Notes under the pieces: generated by a model | Told to the model about the DNA's origin: nothing | What the model saw: only the letters and a program-made list of their open reading frames with translations | The model's database searches: none | Shown: positions 1 through 14,894 of the stretch, one piece after another | Position numbering within the stretch: position 1 is the stretch's first letter | Layout of the letters: each line of letters starts with the position of its first letter | Position numbers and translations under genes: made by a program | Origin: Camelus dromedarius | Taxonomy: Eukaryota | Direction of reading: 5' to 3' | DNA: 64,000 nucleotides | Assembly: GCF_036321535.1 (NCBI RefSeq) | Contig: NC_087436.1 | Location: forward strand, 95,172,001-95,236,000

Positions 1-746
1 GGCTACACTAGGCTGTATATGTGCAAAGGTCAGATTACAACAGGACACCTAAGAAGATAATAGCAAATTCCACAGGCAAGCTACTAGTTGGCTGACAGAA
101 AATTTTATAAGGGTCCAGCGAAGCCTAAACTCAAGTGATGAGATGTAGCCGCTGACTGATGAGAAACAATAGCAAAGAGTCAGACCAACCAGGAGCAGGG
201 CAGTTACAGGCGCGTGCACCTGTAAGCGCACCCGAAACACCTGCACCTGCTCCCCACAGGGCAGTTGACTTCTGTATTTACTGTGGAAGGAGCTTACATT
301 TAAAATTTTAATGAGGAAGTAAATCTTTTGTCTATAATAGAAATTTCTGTAGCACTGAGTTCATTATAAACCAGGGCAGTTCTGGACACCCTTAGACCTG
401 GAAATGCCCAAAACACTGTACTGTTTTATGACATAAACCATGAGGAAAGCTGTATAATTGAGTGACCATATTATCTACTGTTCCATGACTTATTCCAAGT
501 TCAAAAGCTTTTGGACTCCACATTTCCAACTTTTGGTTTAGAAAGCATGCCAGTCCCAAATGCTGCCAGCAGCAAGGTCCTTTCAAGAGCCACCAAAACG
601 TTTTCCCTAGGAAGCAGGTGGCCCACACGAAGAGACTCCCTCCTGTTCAGAAAACAAAAGAGGCCCCTCTACTTGAATTTAGTTAATTTTTCCATCTGCA
701 CATGTAATATCCATGACATTCAATTAGCAACAGAAAAAAGATTCTG

Positions 747-1223
747 ACTCAGCCATAAAAAAAGAATAAAATAATATTATTTGCAGCAACATGGATGGAT
801 CTGGAGATTGTCATTCTAAGTGAAGTAAGACAGAAAGAGAAAGAAAAATACGATACATCACTTGTATGTAAAATCTAAAAAAAAAAAAAAAAGAAAGAAA
901 AGACACAAATGAACTTATTTACAAAACAGAAACAGACTCACAGTCATAGAAAACAAACTTATGGTCACCAGGAGGGAAAGGGGGTGGGAAGGGATACATT
1001 GGGAATTCAAGATTAGCAGATACTAATTACTATATATAAAATAGATAAACTGTAAGTTTATACTGTATAGCACAGAGAACTATATTCAGTATTTGTAGTA
1101 GCCTATAATGAAAAAGAATATGAAAACAAATACATGTATGTGTATGTATGACTGGAACATCACGCTGTGCACCAGAAATTGACACAACATTGTAAAGTGA
1201 CTATGCTTCAATTAAAAAAAAAA
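747..1223 (+). mobile_element. 5'-truncated L1 (ORF2 end, 3'UTR, A tail)
   Basis: gcagcaacatggatgga...ctaagtgaagtaa L1 motif, A tail, approximate TSD agaaaaaa(g)attctg at 732-746 and 1224-1236. Confidence 0.88.
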
Positions 1224-1771
1224 AGAAAAAATTCTGCTTTCCAGGCTTTCACCAGAGAGGACACTATTCAGTGACCAGCATCCACTTCTTGCCAGAGGTC
1301 TCCTGATACTTGACAGACATGGAATCAGGAGAATGCAATCTATTCATCCTTCCAGGCAGCCTAAATTCTATCAAATTAATTATCTGGCCCTTCAACTCTT
1401 TGTGACCATGGTCCACTGAAGTGGGGCAAAAGACCTGAGGCCTTCCATCCTTCCTAGTTTTAGGTGTAACAATGAATGGGACCAATTCATGGCCCGTCAC
1501 AAGATTCTCATGCCACAGACTATATACTTTAAGAACACCTGAGTTAAATGATCTAAACGCTATGCTACCTGTGGCTCCCCATGTCCTGCTCCTCACTCTC
1601 CACCTCAAGAAAATGCCTTTACTATATTATCTTAGACATGTTTACATTACGTTATATCCTTCAGTTTTCATGTAGAATGGATATAAGAAATGGTCACATG
1701 AATATGCATAGGCATTTGATAGTCATCACCAAAGACCATTAGAAGCTCATTGATCAAAAAGCCATTGCAGA

Positions 1772-1883
1772 GGGGAGGGTACAGCTTAGTGGTAGAGTGC
1801 ATGCTTAGCATGCATGAGATTCTGGGTTCGACCCCCAGTACCTCCATTGAATAAATAAATAAACCTAATTACCTCCCCCCCCC
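1772..1883 (+). mobile_element. tRNA-derived SINE (camelid vic-1-like)
   Basis: A box (agcttagtggtagag), B box (ggttcgacccc) and AT-rich tail. TSD aaaaagccattgcaga/aaaaagctactgcaga at 1756-1771 and 1884-1899. Confidence 0.88.
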
Positions 1884-2415
1884 AAAAAGCTACTGCAGAT
1901 TTCAGTGACAACTTAGACACTGGGGAGTCAAACAGGCAAATAAATTATGTGTTTGTCATTTATGATTGGCATTAGAACTAACTTACATACTGTGAAAGAA
2001 AAAAAACTAATTTTTCCACTCTAAATTTTGTAAAACTATCTACTATGTAAATAAATACTATATAAATAAGTTATTTGCATTATTTTCAATGCATATAGCT
2101 ATGTTAGACTCGATGAATTTTTTTTTAACTTATGAAGTGTGACTGAGATGTATAAATTTTGGTATATCTACTAAACAAGGTATATGCTTTCAGAAAAAAG
2201 AAGAACATTTTGATAAATCTTTGCCAATAACGACATTGGCCACTATATTTTCTCTTTGTATAAGAGTCAATGCAGGACATTTCTTCAAAAATTTAACATA
2301 AGGAAAATAAACTTATCTAGATCAACTAAGTTCTGTTTCATCATTCAATAAGATAGATAATGTATTGGCAGTCAAGAATCTCAGAGTCAAGGTCAATGTT
2401 CAATTGTAGTAATTC

Positions 2416-2448
2416 CCTCTCTCTCTCTCTATATATATATGTATATAT
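2416..2448. repeat. (CT)n(AT)n microsatellite
   Basis: Read directly from the sequence. Confidence 0.85.
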
Positions 2449-2587
2449 CCTTCCTATCTGTATTTCAATGCCCATGATGAAGTGCCTTTTATTGAGACAC
2501 CTCAAATCCTTTGGGGGAGTAGGCTAGTTGTATATTTTAAAACATTCAAGTGGGATGATAAGCACAATGCTTTAAGAGTAAATTATA

Positions 2588-2666
2588 GACTGAAAAACTG
2601 TGCTGTACACCAGAAATTGACATAACATTGTAAACTGACTATAACTCAATTTAAAAAACTCAAAAA
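2588..2666 (+). mobile_element. Short L1 3'-end insertion
   Basis: tgtgctgtacaccagaaattgacataacattgtaaactgactataactcaat plus A tail, the same tail as other L1s in the window. Confidence 0.8.
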
Positions 2667-2709
2667 AAGAATATATTATAAATGCCCAAATCTTCTATTC
2701 TAAGAGGCA

Positions 2710-2905
2710 ATATAATGTAATAGTTAAAAGCCATGCTGTATGGTTCAAAGCCCAATTCAGCTACCCTTGACTTTGGACAAGGTCTTAACCTCTCTGTGAT
2801 TCAGCTTCCTTACCTCTAAAACGGAGAAGAGTACCTCTTTGTAGGGTTATTTTGAAGAATAAATGTATTATACAGGAAGCACTCAGAACAGTAAGCACTA
2901 AAAAC
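2710..2905 (+). mobile_element. MIR
   Basis: ctttggacaaggtcttaacctctctgtgattcagcttcct...aaaacggag core. Confidence 0.7.
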
Positions 2906-2979
2906 GATTTGCTCTTATTATCTCATGAGCGAATGTTAAACTCTATCAGTACATGGTATGATCAAAATGTCATATCCTA

Positions 2980-3129
<150 letters not shown>

Positions 3130-4339
3130 TTAGCCACAAGGTCAGCAATTCAGTTTATCCCTGAATGGAAAAACACCCACCGGTCTAAAACAAAGCGAAG
3201 GTTAAAAAAAAGTCACCAGCAAACATCTCACTGGCTTACAGTTTATAACGGCCATAAAAGAATATACCAACCCACACTGCAATGTGCACTTTGGAGCCAA
3301 ATTGATTTATAGTGGTATTGGCTTCTGAGCACTTGGCTTGAAGTGAGAAGAAGGAAATTTGATGTCAACTAAGACCCAAATTTCCTATTATATGGAAGAC
3401 AGGAACAGGGCTGTGGTGGGGAGGGGGGAGACTTAGTATTTTAAGGTGATTTGAAAAAGTCCAAAACAGTCTTGACTCATGCAATTTTTACAGCACTAAA
3501 CAATGTGCTCTTCAATGGAGAGTAAACTTTCAAATCTCTGGAGTGGTAGGAGGGAGCTCTGGCATGGATAGACAGTGTCTAGAAAAGCGTCAACAAGCTT
3601 GGACGTGGGGAGGACCAATAGGAAGCCTTTTGAGGGAGAGAGCTTTTGAGGCGTCCACTCCACGCACAATGACCTCTGTAATTATATCTCTCACTATCCC
3701 TGGGCTCACTCGGTTCAAATTCTTTTTCTTAGGTATTTCAACTGGGGCTGAGATATTCTGGTTCAGCCTGAGCTGGTTGCTTGAACAGAACATAAAAACT
3801 CAGGCAATGTGGGGTGACCATATTCTACCCACCACACGGACTAAGAATTAAGAGAAAGCAGAGTGAGCAGAAGGAAGGCGATATGCTCAGAGAAGTTATT
3901 TGGATTCTTGATAGCTTCTCAACCCCTGGTTCCTGTCCCTCTTCAAGGCCCTGCTGCACTCCTACCTTTGGGTTGTCTGAGATTTCAGTATAGTGTTTCT
4001 CTCTCTCTTTTAATGTTTTGTTCACTGATGTATTCCCAGAGCACAGACGAGTGCGTGGCAAATAATGAGTGCTTAGTAAATTCAGTTATTGAGTATATGA
4101 CTGAAATTCATCCATCTTCTTAGGTGTGCAGTAGTGTCCATTACTTGTAACTAAGGCATCCTAACTCAACTAACGGAACCATAGCTTTCCCTAATATCCA
4201 CGAGTGCATTTTAGAAAATAAGGTAAGAGTACATTAGGAGATGGAGAATCATAACTCTTTCGCTCCAAAAAATGAAAGGAAGAAATTACGGAGGAAGTGA
4301 AAAATACCTACAGTTTCCAGATTCTGTAACTTTTGACTC

Positions 4340-4756
4340 AAGTCTTGTCCATCAATCATCCCCAACTTCTGTCTATGTGTAGTATTTTACCCTTGCAGAT
4401 AAGGGTGGACATGTGAAACAGTTTTGACCAATGAGATATAAATTGGAAAGTTTTTGCTTTCATGATAAAATTATATAGTTATGGCTGTTGTCAACTCTCT
4501 CCTTTCCCTTTTCCCTGCCCTGAATGTGGACCTGATACTTGAAACTGAAGTGGCTGTTTTTGCTGCCATGAGAGAAAGGCTAGAGAATCACAGAGTCACT
4601 GGTCCCGGGCACTGCTGAGCTACTTAACAAATGTGAGCAGTTTCCTATCTTTATTCTTTCTGTTAAGTGAGGAAAAAAATAATACATTACTATTTTGTAA
4701 GCAACTATATGTTAGATTTTGGTTACTTGCACCCAAATGCATTCCTAACTGATTCA
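4340..4756 (+). mobile_element. Old MaLR (MLT1-type) LTR
   Basis: Ends ttggttacttgcacccaaatgcattcctaactgattca, typical of MLT1 termini. Confidence 0.55.
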
Positions 4757-6272
4757 CTTAGTAAATATCAAACACCATCCATCAATGTAGACTACTGGTC
4801 AAGAGAAAAGGTTACTTGGGTTTGACTCCAGCTCTCACATTTTGGACAAATTAGTTGCTCAAGTCTTTTAAGCCATCATTTACTCATTACAAAATGCAGC
4901 CATAAGAACCAACAACCTTACAGGGTTATCATGAAAATTAAAAAGAAATAATTCACATAAAGCTGTGAGCATAGTGTCTAGCACATAATAGATACTCCAT
5001 AAATGTTAACTAGCAAAAATAATAATAAAAAGTAACTACATTTTTAACATTAAGATGCAAAAAGCTTTGAAAGTTGGCTGACTTTTTTTTTTCTGTTTGG
5101 AAACAATGAGAAGCTTGTTAACATGAATTGAAATACTCATGATTCATGACAGCCTGCCTTCATTTTTGGTGTCTACATTGATTTACTTCACTTCAGCAAC
5201 AGAAACCAGTGGCAATTTTATACCATCATGTAGACAGATTTAAGTCAGTGATTAATATAATTCTTTCACGGGACAAATCACTACCTATGTGATTAGGAAG
5301 AGTTAATACACTTAGGGGTGACAGCTTCTGACTCAAATTACAATACTTAATATGCTCTGACAGCTGGTAATTGACTAGCAAATGGAAATAAATGTTAAAT
5401 GAGTATAGAACTTCTTGCAGTATAGTAAGTGACTACTTCAATTGCTTTATTAATAAAGCTCCTTTGACACTGAGCTGTGACTTTTCTTGATTAGCTACAA
5501 AGAATATCTGTTATCAATGGCAAATACTCAAGTAACTAAATATGAATATGAACTAAATATGAATGTATGGTTAATATAAAAACCATATCAATGAAATGTT
5601 TGACATAAATTATAAATACATCTCAACTTGAGTATTGTCTCCACTTTAAATGGCTTTAATGTCACATAATTATGAGACTATAAAGTAGGCAGCATGGATC
5701 TACTCAGAACTCCCATTATCAAATATGGGTATTCAAAAGCTTTTTTCTCACTCTCATCCTTGAGACCCCTACCTCCTTTAACAGACAACTTCACATCCTA
5801 ATTCACAGAGAAAATAGAAGCCATCAGATGAGAACTCTCTCACGTTCCTGCCCACTCTCCATAAACTCTCAGAAGAATGATCTCATATTATAAGAGCAAA
5901 TCAGACTTGGCTTGATCAAGAGGGATCTCCAAAACTCAACTGGAGATCATTTAGACATCTATAACTGTTACGTGGTCCTAAGAATGTGAAAGAGTGCAAG
6001 AGTCTATCAAGTTCAAAGTTCTTTAAATAGAAGGACATTTACATATTTGGTATCCCATTTAAAGGTTTCTATCATTAAATAGAAAATATATTTATTTATT
6101 TAAGACTATCAAGTTCAAAGTTATCATTAGGTATTAAAAATGTACAAATAGAATTCCATGAAATTCAAAGGTCTTTAGCATTTAGATAGAGAATATATGT
6201 ACCTCTCTTAAAGATCAAAGATCAACCTGGTTGTCCTATTTCCTTGAATAGATCAAGAATCAGATACTGTGT

Positions 6273-6516
6273 GGGATGTAAATTGGTGAAGCCACTATGG
6301 AGAACAGTATGGAGGTTCCTTAAAAAACTAAAAATAGAGTTACCATATGATCTAGTAATCCCACTCTTGGGCATATATTCAGAAAACATGAAAATTCTAA
6401 TTCAAAAAGACACATGGACACCCAATGTTTATAGCCGCATTATGTATATAATAGCCAAGATATGGAAGCAAGCTAAGTGTCCATTGACAGATGAATTGAA
6501 AAAGAAGATATATATG

Positions 6517-6552
<36 letters not shown>

Positions 6553-7010
6553 TATATTTACACAAAACTCAGCCATGAAAGAGTGAAATAATGCCATTTG
6601 CAGCAATATGGATGGATCTAGAGATTTATCATACTAAGTGAAGTCAGACAGAGAAAGACAAATAGCATATGATATCACTTATATGTGGAATCTAAAAAAC
6701 ATGATATAAATGGTCTTATTTACAAAACAGATACACATTCACAGAAAACAAACTTACCATTACCAAAGGGGAAAGGGGGTGAGGGATAAATTAGGAATTT
6801 GGGATTAACAAATACACACTACTATATATAAAATAGATAGACAATAAGGATTTATTGTATAGCACAGGGAACTATATTCAATATCTTGTAATAAACTATA
6901 ATGGAAAAGAATCTGAAAAAAATGTATATGTATGACTGAATCACTATGCTGTACACCTGAAACTAACACAACATTGTAAATCAACTACACTTCAACTGAA
7001 AAAAAAAAAA
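6273..7010 (+). mobile_element. 5'-truncated L1 with internal (CA)n
   Basis: ORF2 C-terminal peptide [25 protein letters not shown], 3'UTR, A tail; TSD aatcagatact at 6258-6268 and 7012-7022. Confidence 0.9.
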
Positions 7011-9442
7011 CAATCAGATACTATGTATAATTTTTGTCTAGGGGTGTAGACAGTAGGAGTTGTGACCCAAACCCTTCTTAACTTTTGTAACCCATGATAC
7101 AGCTGTTATAAAAAGGGGCTCAGTGTGACATCCTGGAGGATGTAAATTGCTCTGATGCCTTCAGATCTGTCAACTATTTGCTTGAAAATGGCCTGTGATT
7201 CCCACGTAATTTTCTACCTTGGTGAGTTTCATCATTCAACTATAGGAAGATTTAAAATCATGTATAGAAAGGTTTAAAGCATAAAAGTCATGCCATTAAT
7301 ATTTTTGTGCATATTTGGTCTTTTCTGTTCTACTAATGTTTAAGGAATTTGGCCGATTAGAGTGACAATTTTTGAAAACCAATTTAAAATGAGTAACTGA
7401 ATTATTAAACTTATGATTTTAAGTTGCACTCTTCCTAAATTTATGCATAATGTTGAACCATCGAAGAGGTCATTTGGTCCACTCTATAAGCTTAATTTAA
7501 TAGATTTACAACAATTCTTAAGTATTCAGCAAGATTTTGTTTAAGTAGATAAATGAGGTACTTAAAAAGTAGATAGAATATATTAAATTTATCGATATAG
7601 TTTAAAAATATTTGAACATGTTCAAGTTGGTAAAAAAAGGATGAAGTATTAATCAAAAGCCCCTTGAAAGTGACTGTTCAATTATGCTAGACTTCTACAT
7701 AGAGTGAGATTTGTGAGATGAATGTAAATACTAGGGAGAATTGACATTATGAATCTGTAACCTTAATAAATTGAACACTAACTGTTTAAACCAAATTAAA
7801 AGTCAGAGTAGTTTTTTTTTTTTAACGCACAAAACACATACTGGCCTACACCAAAAACCCATCTCAACACAAACCTAACTTTACTGCCCCCCACTCACAA
7901 TTACTTCCTTCTATCATAATGGAACTGATACCTAATCACTTCCACCTGGTTTCCCTTCTCTCCTGGCTTTTCAACCTTTTTCTCCAGGCTGCTTCCCATA
8001 CTTAATAATGTGCATGACTCCTCTACCTTAAAACCAGTAAATGAAAATCGCAATGACAAAATGTTTCTTTCAGACCTGTCTGGTTTCTGCTCCATGTCTT
8101 TCCATCCTCACTTCTTAAAAAAGGTGCCTACCTTCTATATCCACCCACCTCCCCTCCTCTACCCACCACAGTGACTGTCCCGTGGTCACTATTTCATGAA
8201 ACCATTCTCATCAAGGTCACAATGGCTTCCCTGTTGTCAAAGTCATGGACTCATTTTAGTTGTTTTATTTCCTGACCTCTCCGTAGCATTACAAGCTTAA
8301 CCACTTTTCAATTCTTAAAAGACTATTCTCATGGCTTCCATGCCCTGTCTTCTGACACTTGCTTTTTCTGCCCACCCTTTATTATTATGATTTCAGCTTA
8401 CTTTAGAAAGTTTCTACATGCGTATTGTGATATTATGGGAGCTCCTTAGATTAGGTCACAACCCAACTGCTTCAAGCACTGTCCAGGGTGGTCAGCTGGC
8501 ATCCTAATCAGGAAAGCCATACTCTGGAGGCAGCTATAATGAGCACTTCCATTATCTGTACCTGTATTAACATGCAATGCTTTGCTAATCAGCACACTGA
8601 ATTGCAGGAATGGGTTTTAACGGGTAAATGTGGACTGCTAACTAGTATTCTGAATATGTGAAAGGGGCTCTAGACGGTGAAATTAAAGGTATTCAACCAC
8701 TTGTAGATGGTTAAATATATTTTAGAGCCTCTTTCTACCTTTCCATGGGTAGGGTGTAAGAAAGGATTTTGCCCAGGGCTAAATGGTCTTCTATTCAGCT
8801 CTGAACTCTGGGGAATTCTGGCTTCTTGATGCCAGGTGTAAGGAAAGGAAACCCTGCCTCCAGAATTCTAGGCATTTGCCTTGAATAAACCTTTCACTCA
8901 GGGTGGGGCTCAAAGCACCTAGAAGTCTAGAACAATGGCACATTGCCAAGCCTACATGAGTTCTCATGAGCTATTTTTAACTTTCTTGTTAATTAACATT
9001 TAATTTAAAAATGTCAGTACACTATAATGTAATCTGAGACTTGATTTCATTTATAGAACGTGATGGTGAGATTACAGAGAAAAGAGATAACTCTTACCAT
9101 CTCAACTTCTTTACTGGCAACCACAACCTACCAGAAAGCATCTAAGAGCTGTGCATGACCAAACTGGCTTAGAGGCAGGAGACTTCAGGACCAAGTCCTT
9201 GGCCTCTGTTTGTCTTTATTTATACATAACACCTGGGCAATCTCACCCACTCCCATTACTTAAACATCCAATGGCTAATGGCCTCCAAATCTCTCTCTCT
9301 CTCTCTCCTGGGCTCCAGACCCCTATACCCAACTGCCCCCAAAATATCTTCACTTGGATGTCCCATGGCATGTTCAACACTGAGCTCACCATCTTCTCAA
9401 TCTCACCTGATTCTCCAACTAGGTCTTTCTGTGTACTAGTAT

Positions 9443-9632
9443 GAGTGGTTCCCAAACACTAGTCCACAGACTGACTGCAAAAGTATTATCTGGAGGAACT
9501 TATTAAAAATACAGAGTCTTAGCTTCCACTGTGATCTTCTGAATAAGAATCTCTCAGGGTGAAGCCCAGGAATCTGAATTCTAACAAGCTTCCCAGGGGA
9601 TTCTAACACACTACCAGACTGAGGAAGCACCG
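9443..9632. mobile_element. MER5A-like hAT MITE
   Basis: gaatctctcagggtgaagcccaggaatctgaattctaacaagcttcccaggggattct. Confidence 0.72.
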
Positions 9633-12600
9633 CCCAATAGGGCCAAAATGTAACAGCATCCACCTGGTTGCCCAAGTCAAAAATTGGGTTCTATCATGTA
9701 GAGAGGCTTAAAGGAGGAAATAAATACAACTGGAGCAAACTCTACCCACACATTTAAGGGGCAAAAATCTGTCATCAGCGTGTCTTGGTTGGCCTATATT
9801 CTCTCATCTCTCTTGTTAGCAATTTTACAGCTCTTAAACATTCTACTTTTCCTTTGCTTGGGAGCGATCTATCGAGTGGTAGTCTATGTTTCCCTTGAGA
9901 ATGCTGGCTTTTTTCACCCTCTTCATATTGGCCTTATGCACTGGTGTAGGACAATACAGATGACATTCTTTTACTTTGGGTGATATTTCTTGGTATTTCT
10001 AGTATAAAATAGAGGTCCCACAAGCTCGAGGAATAAATGTCACTCCTGACTAGCACCAAGACAGACATCTCTGAGTTGAGGCTGAAGATTTCACTGTCTC
10101 CTTCAGATTAAATGCTCCATCTCAGGATTCTTTGTGCTTGTCCTATCCAGTACTATAAGACATGCCATCATTGCTTTAATGCAACACTGCCTTCCCCAGC
10201 TAGATTGCAGGCATCCTGAAGACAGCTGCACTACTCAGATTCCAGGGCATGACGCACGGTGCTATGGGGCTGGTAGAGGCCTTAGAGGATCTAGTCCAAC
10301 CTCCAAGGTTCAAGTGAGGCTGGGGACCATCTCTTATGGATGTTGTAGAGTGGACTTCTGCAGGAAGTCTTAACTCTGTGGCTTCTGTGTCTATACATCA
10401 GGATGGATGACAAAGAGAAGAGGCCCTAAAGACAGAGGTAGCTTCTCTGAGTACATCAACTGTGGATGGTATGATCCTTCAAAGCAGAGGTGCCAGCTCA
10501 GCAGCTGGCAGAAATCCTGGCCCCAGGCCCCCTCGTAGTCACACCCTACCACCTGCCAAGTTATGGCCACCATGCTGACTCAGGCAAAGGTGAAGATAAC
10601 AATGTGGATTTTAAGGGGACCAAGGCTACTTATAGAAAAATATATATACATTTAAGTACATTATCACAAAATCTAGTGTGTCCTAGAAAATACTAGTTTA
10701 TGCTTCCTTAAAGGCTATTCTGTTTTTTTTTTAAAGCAGGCAATTTCTCTTAGAAACTTTTTTTTTTTAAAGTTTGATTATTCTTTTAGGCTTAGATATA
10801 GCTGGGATCAAATAGGCTTTTGAGCTGGGCTGTTTTCCTATAGGACCCACCATTCCTCAGCAGATCTGGGTTCAAAATTCAAAGGGCCAACTTGTAAATG
10901 AACTTTGATTCAAGATTTTTTGTAGAATGCATTCTCTTCTGGATCAACAGAAAAATGGTTGTTTTCATCACTGCAAAAGGACTCCTTATAAGTGTTCAAC
11001 AAAGAGCAAACAAAATACAGCAAATGAACAATGCTTGAAGATGAGGCACAAAATTGAGTTCTTCTGATATTAACTTAAGATAGAAGGAGAAGTTGCCGAG
11101 AGAGAGAGTAGAATCCCCTTCTCTGGTAATTATGAAAAAGAGACTAAACTCGCACCTATGAAGAGAGGTTTAAATGTGCCCTTGGTGAAAGAGCCCTCCT
11201 TTCCCCGCAAGGCCCTGCCAGCCACCCACACCAGCCTTCTGCCTTCTTGGAGCTGAGGTACCCACAGGTACTCCTCCCACACCGTGGTTCTGTCCGAGCT
11301 GCTGCTGCAACGCCACACACATACACGCAGGGCCCTGGCCCCAGCTCTGTGACCAGCATTTGTACTTCCGTCCAGATACTTTTGTGATGTGTCATTATGA
11401 GGAAATGCTCACCTTTCCAAAGTCCTTGAAAGCTCTCAGCGCTGTGCTGGGAGAGAATCAGAAATCTGTCAGTCAATCAGCTCTATCCCTATAGCATTAA
11501 GGAGGTTTAAAAAGAGCTTTCAAAAGCAGGACTCATTGTTTGCTCAGAATTTAAGAAGGCAGCAGATGCGTAGGAACATACTGATTTTTATTGTGCTATC
11601 TTTATTAACAACCTTGTTATAATTTTTGGAAGTCTGAAATTGAAACGTATACCCTAGCCATCAGGAGTATATGTATTTCGAGGCAGTGGAGCATATATAG
11701 TTTCTTTAAGTCATCTCAGGCCAGAACGCTGTGGCTAAGATATTTTCTTAATGTACAAATATATTTATTAACGGTAGCACCTATAATAAAAATTGGGAAC
11801 CGATGCTCCCCTAGAAAGACAGCATGGAGAGAAAACAGGTTCCAGTCAGGCATACAGGTAAATATTGGTATAGGATAGATCCCATTGATTCTGTTTCTCT
11901 GGAGAACCCAGACTAACACAGGCCCTGGCATCATTATTTTTTAAAGCTCTCTCAGTGGTTGAAATGTTCAGCTGGAGTTGAATTCTTAGTCCTTCAAGGG
12001 GTCCATGGATGGCTTTAAAGACTCTGTGAACTCATGGAACACATATACAAAATTTTGCATGTATGTTTACATATCTGATCACAACTCCCAGTTGGTCCTC
12101 AAATCGCCCCCTGACATCCCTGCAAAATGATTGTTTGCCTTTGTTTACACATCTCCAGCGACGGGAAACCTCCACTTCCCTGAGGAAGACCATCTCATCT
12201 TAGGGCAATTCTAAGAGTTGTTTTGAGGAAACTAAGGCCCAAGAAGCTTGATTTTGAAAAAAATGATCACGAAATAGAAGGATACCTTGAGGCCTTTGTG
12301 TGCAAATTCCTCATTTTACAGAGGAAAAACTGAAGCACAGAGAGTTGAAGTGGCTTGTCCAAATAAGAGAGTAAAGGCCAGATGAAGGATGACAGCCCAG
12401 GCCCCTGACTCCCTGCTCAGTCCCCTTCCCTCAATGCACATGGCAGTCCCTGCAAGGAGGTCACCTGTGGTGGCACATTTCAGGATGAGCAGGGCTGGGT
12501 CTGGCAGAGGGAAGTCGCCGATTCCCCCATACTCTAGCATCCTTCTAGAAGACAGGATTGGAGGAGAGGGGCCCACCTCCTCCTGTTACACTGCATGCCT

Positions 12601-13304
12601 CCCCACCCCTCCCAATCCCCACGTAGATGGAAGTGAAGGTGTCAGGAAAACTCAGCTGGTTGGTCACATCGATGTGGAACGAGGTACCACCTGGGAGACA
12701 CCAGCCTGTCTTACCTCCCAGAGAGACAGGTGTGAAGGGAAGCAGGACCGTGTTCTGCCTCTGGTCCCCTGGTATGTGATAATAAATCAGTGATCTGAAT
12801 GTTTCAGATGTTCATAGTGGATTTGCAAATACACATTAACATTTAAGTGATATTACAGAAACATTGACTTGTTTAGGGTGGAATCATGCTCATTCATAAT
12901 TTGGGCTCATTATGTTCAATATCACAGTATCTTCCATTCACTACCGAGCAGCTTCATATCTTACTGGGTTGTTCAATATTTCTGAGCCTGGTTGCCCCTT
13001 CTCTAACTTGAGGTTAATAATATCCAGCTTAGAACCTCAAAGAACTGCTATATGGAGTGAATTACATAACACATCAAGTAGCTAGCAGAATGCCTGGAAC
13101 ACAGAATGTGTCCAATAATTGGTGGTTGTTAATATTAATAATAATGTAATTATCAAAATGCAAATATTATAATGGCCAATTATTCTCGTATATGTCTTTT
13201 CTCACCACACATCTTTGACAACAAAGGTGATGTCATAGCATATTCTGAACGCCCAATCACTACCCACACAGCCTGGCACAAATCTGTGCCTGTGGTAGGT
13301 ATCA

Positions 13305-13736
<432 letters not shown>

Positions 13737-13838
13737 TTAAACTGAATTGTTAAAATTTAATTCAAAACTCTGAATGATTAAGTTAAATCTGGGGGGGGAG
13801 TCACCTTTCTTCTACCAAGAAGAAACTTTATGTAACCT

Positions 13839-14251
13839 TGGGGTAGGCTGATAATGGCCCCCAAGGATATCCATGTCATAATCCTTGGAAGCAGTGAATA
13901 TTGCCTTATATGGCAAGTAGGACTTTGAGGATATGATTAAATTAAGAATCTTAGATGATTGAAGTGGGTCCTAAATGAAGTCACAAATGTCCTTACCAGA
14001 GAGAGGCAGAGGGAGATTTGACTACAAAGAGGGAAAGGTGATGCGACGACAGAAGCAGAGACTGGAGTGATGCTCTGGAGATGAAGGAAGGGGACATGAG
14101 CCAAAAAACACAAGTGGCCACTAGAAGCTGAAAAAGTCAAAGAAACCATTCTCCCCTCCCAGACAGCAGAACTGCAAGAGAGTACATCTGCATTGTTATG
14201 AACCACTAAAATTGGTTGTACTTTGTTACAGCAGCAATTGGAAACTAATAC
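13839..14251 (+). mobile_element. MLT1C-like MaLR LTR
   Basis: tg...aatggcccccaaggatatccatgtc ... ttgttacagcagcaattggaaactaataca. Confidence 0.8.
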
Positions 14252-14691
14252 AAACCTACAGAGCTATCTTTAAACTTTCATGAATATCTTACCTAGCATG
14301 AAGAAATATGCATGGGGAACTAAGAGTATTATCTGTATCTGTGAAAGTACTTATTTAATATGACTTTATTAGTTATATTTGTATTCATAATGGGAGTAAG
14401 TAGAGCAAATACCTGAGAGCTTATCAAAACATACTTGAAATTGACCTCTGCAGTGTAGTCGGAGAGTCACACTGAGAAAAAGACTTACATACACATAAGT
14501 GTGCTTTGCTGGGTACCAGCGGGTGAAAGCTTAGGCTCTATCTGGACAATAGTTTAGACAAGAAATCACAAGGATGAAATGGAAAGGAAGGAAGTGACAT
14601 GTTAAGCCAAAAGAGGAATGTAGCCATTGCAAAATAACCTACAAAGCAGAAAACTCTTTACGAAGCTTGCAAGTTATTGCCATCACGTAGA

Positions 14692-14894
14692 ACAGTGCAG
14701 TTCCACAGAACTTTCAATGATGATAAAAATGTTCAGTCCTCACTGTCTAATATGGTCACATGTGGCTATTGAGCACTTGAAATGTGGCTAGTGCAACTGA
14801 GGAACTAATTTTTAAATTTAATTTAATTTTAAGTAATTTAAATTTAAATTTACATAGGCACGTGTGCCGAGTGGCCACCTTACTGGATAACACA
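14692..14894. mobile_element. MER3-like hAT MITE
   Basis: cacatgtggctattgagcacttgaaatgtggctagtgcaactgaggaact...aatttaaatttaaat. Confidence 0.78.

Noticed and set aside
204..225. Short hairpin ttacagg-cgcgtgca-cctgtaa
   Set aside because: A 7-bp stem is expected by chance in 64 kb, and there is no other support.
1772..1845. tRNA gene
   Set aside because: A/B boxes are followed by an AT-rich tail, flanked by a TSD and present in four copies in the window, so this is a SINE.
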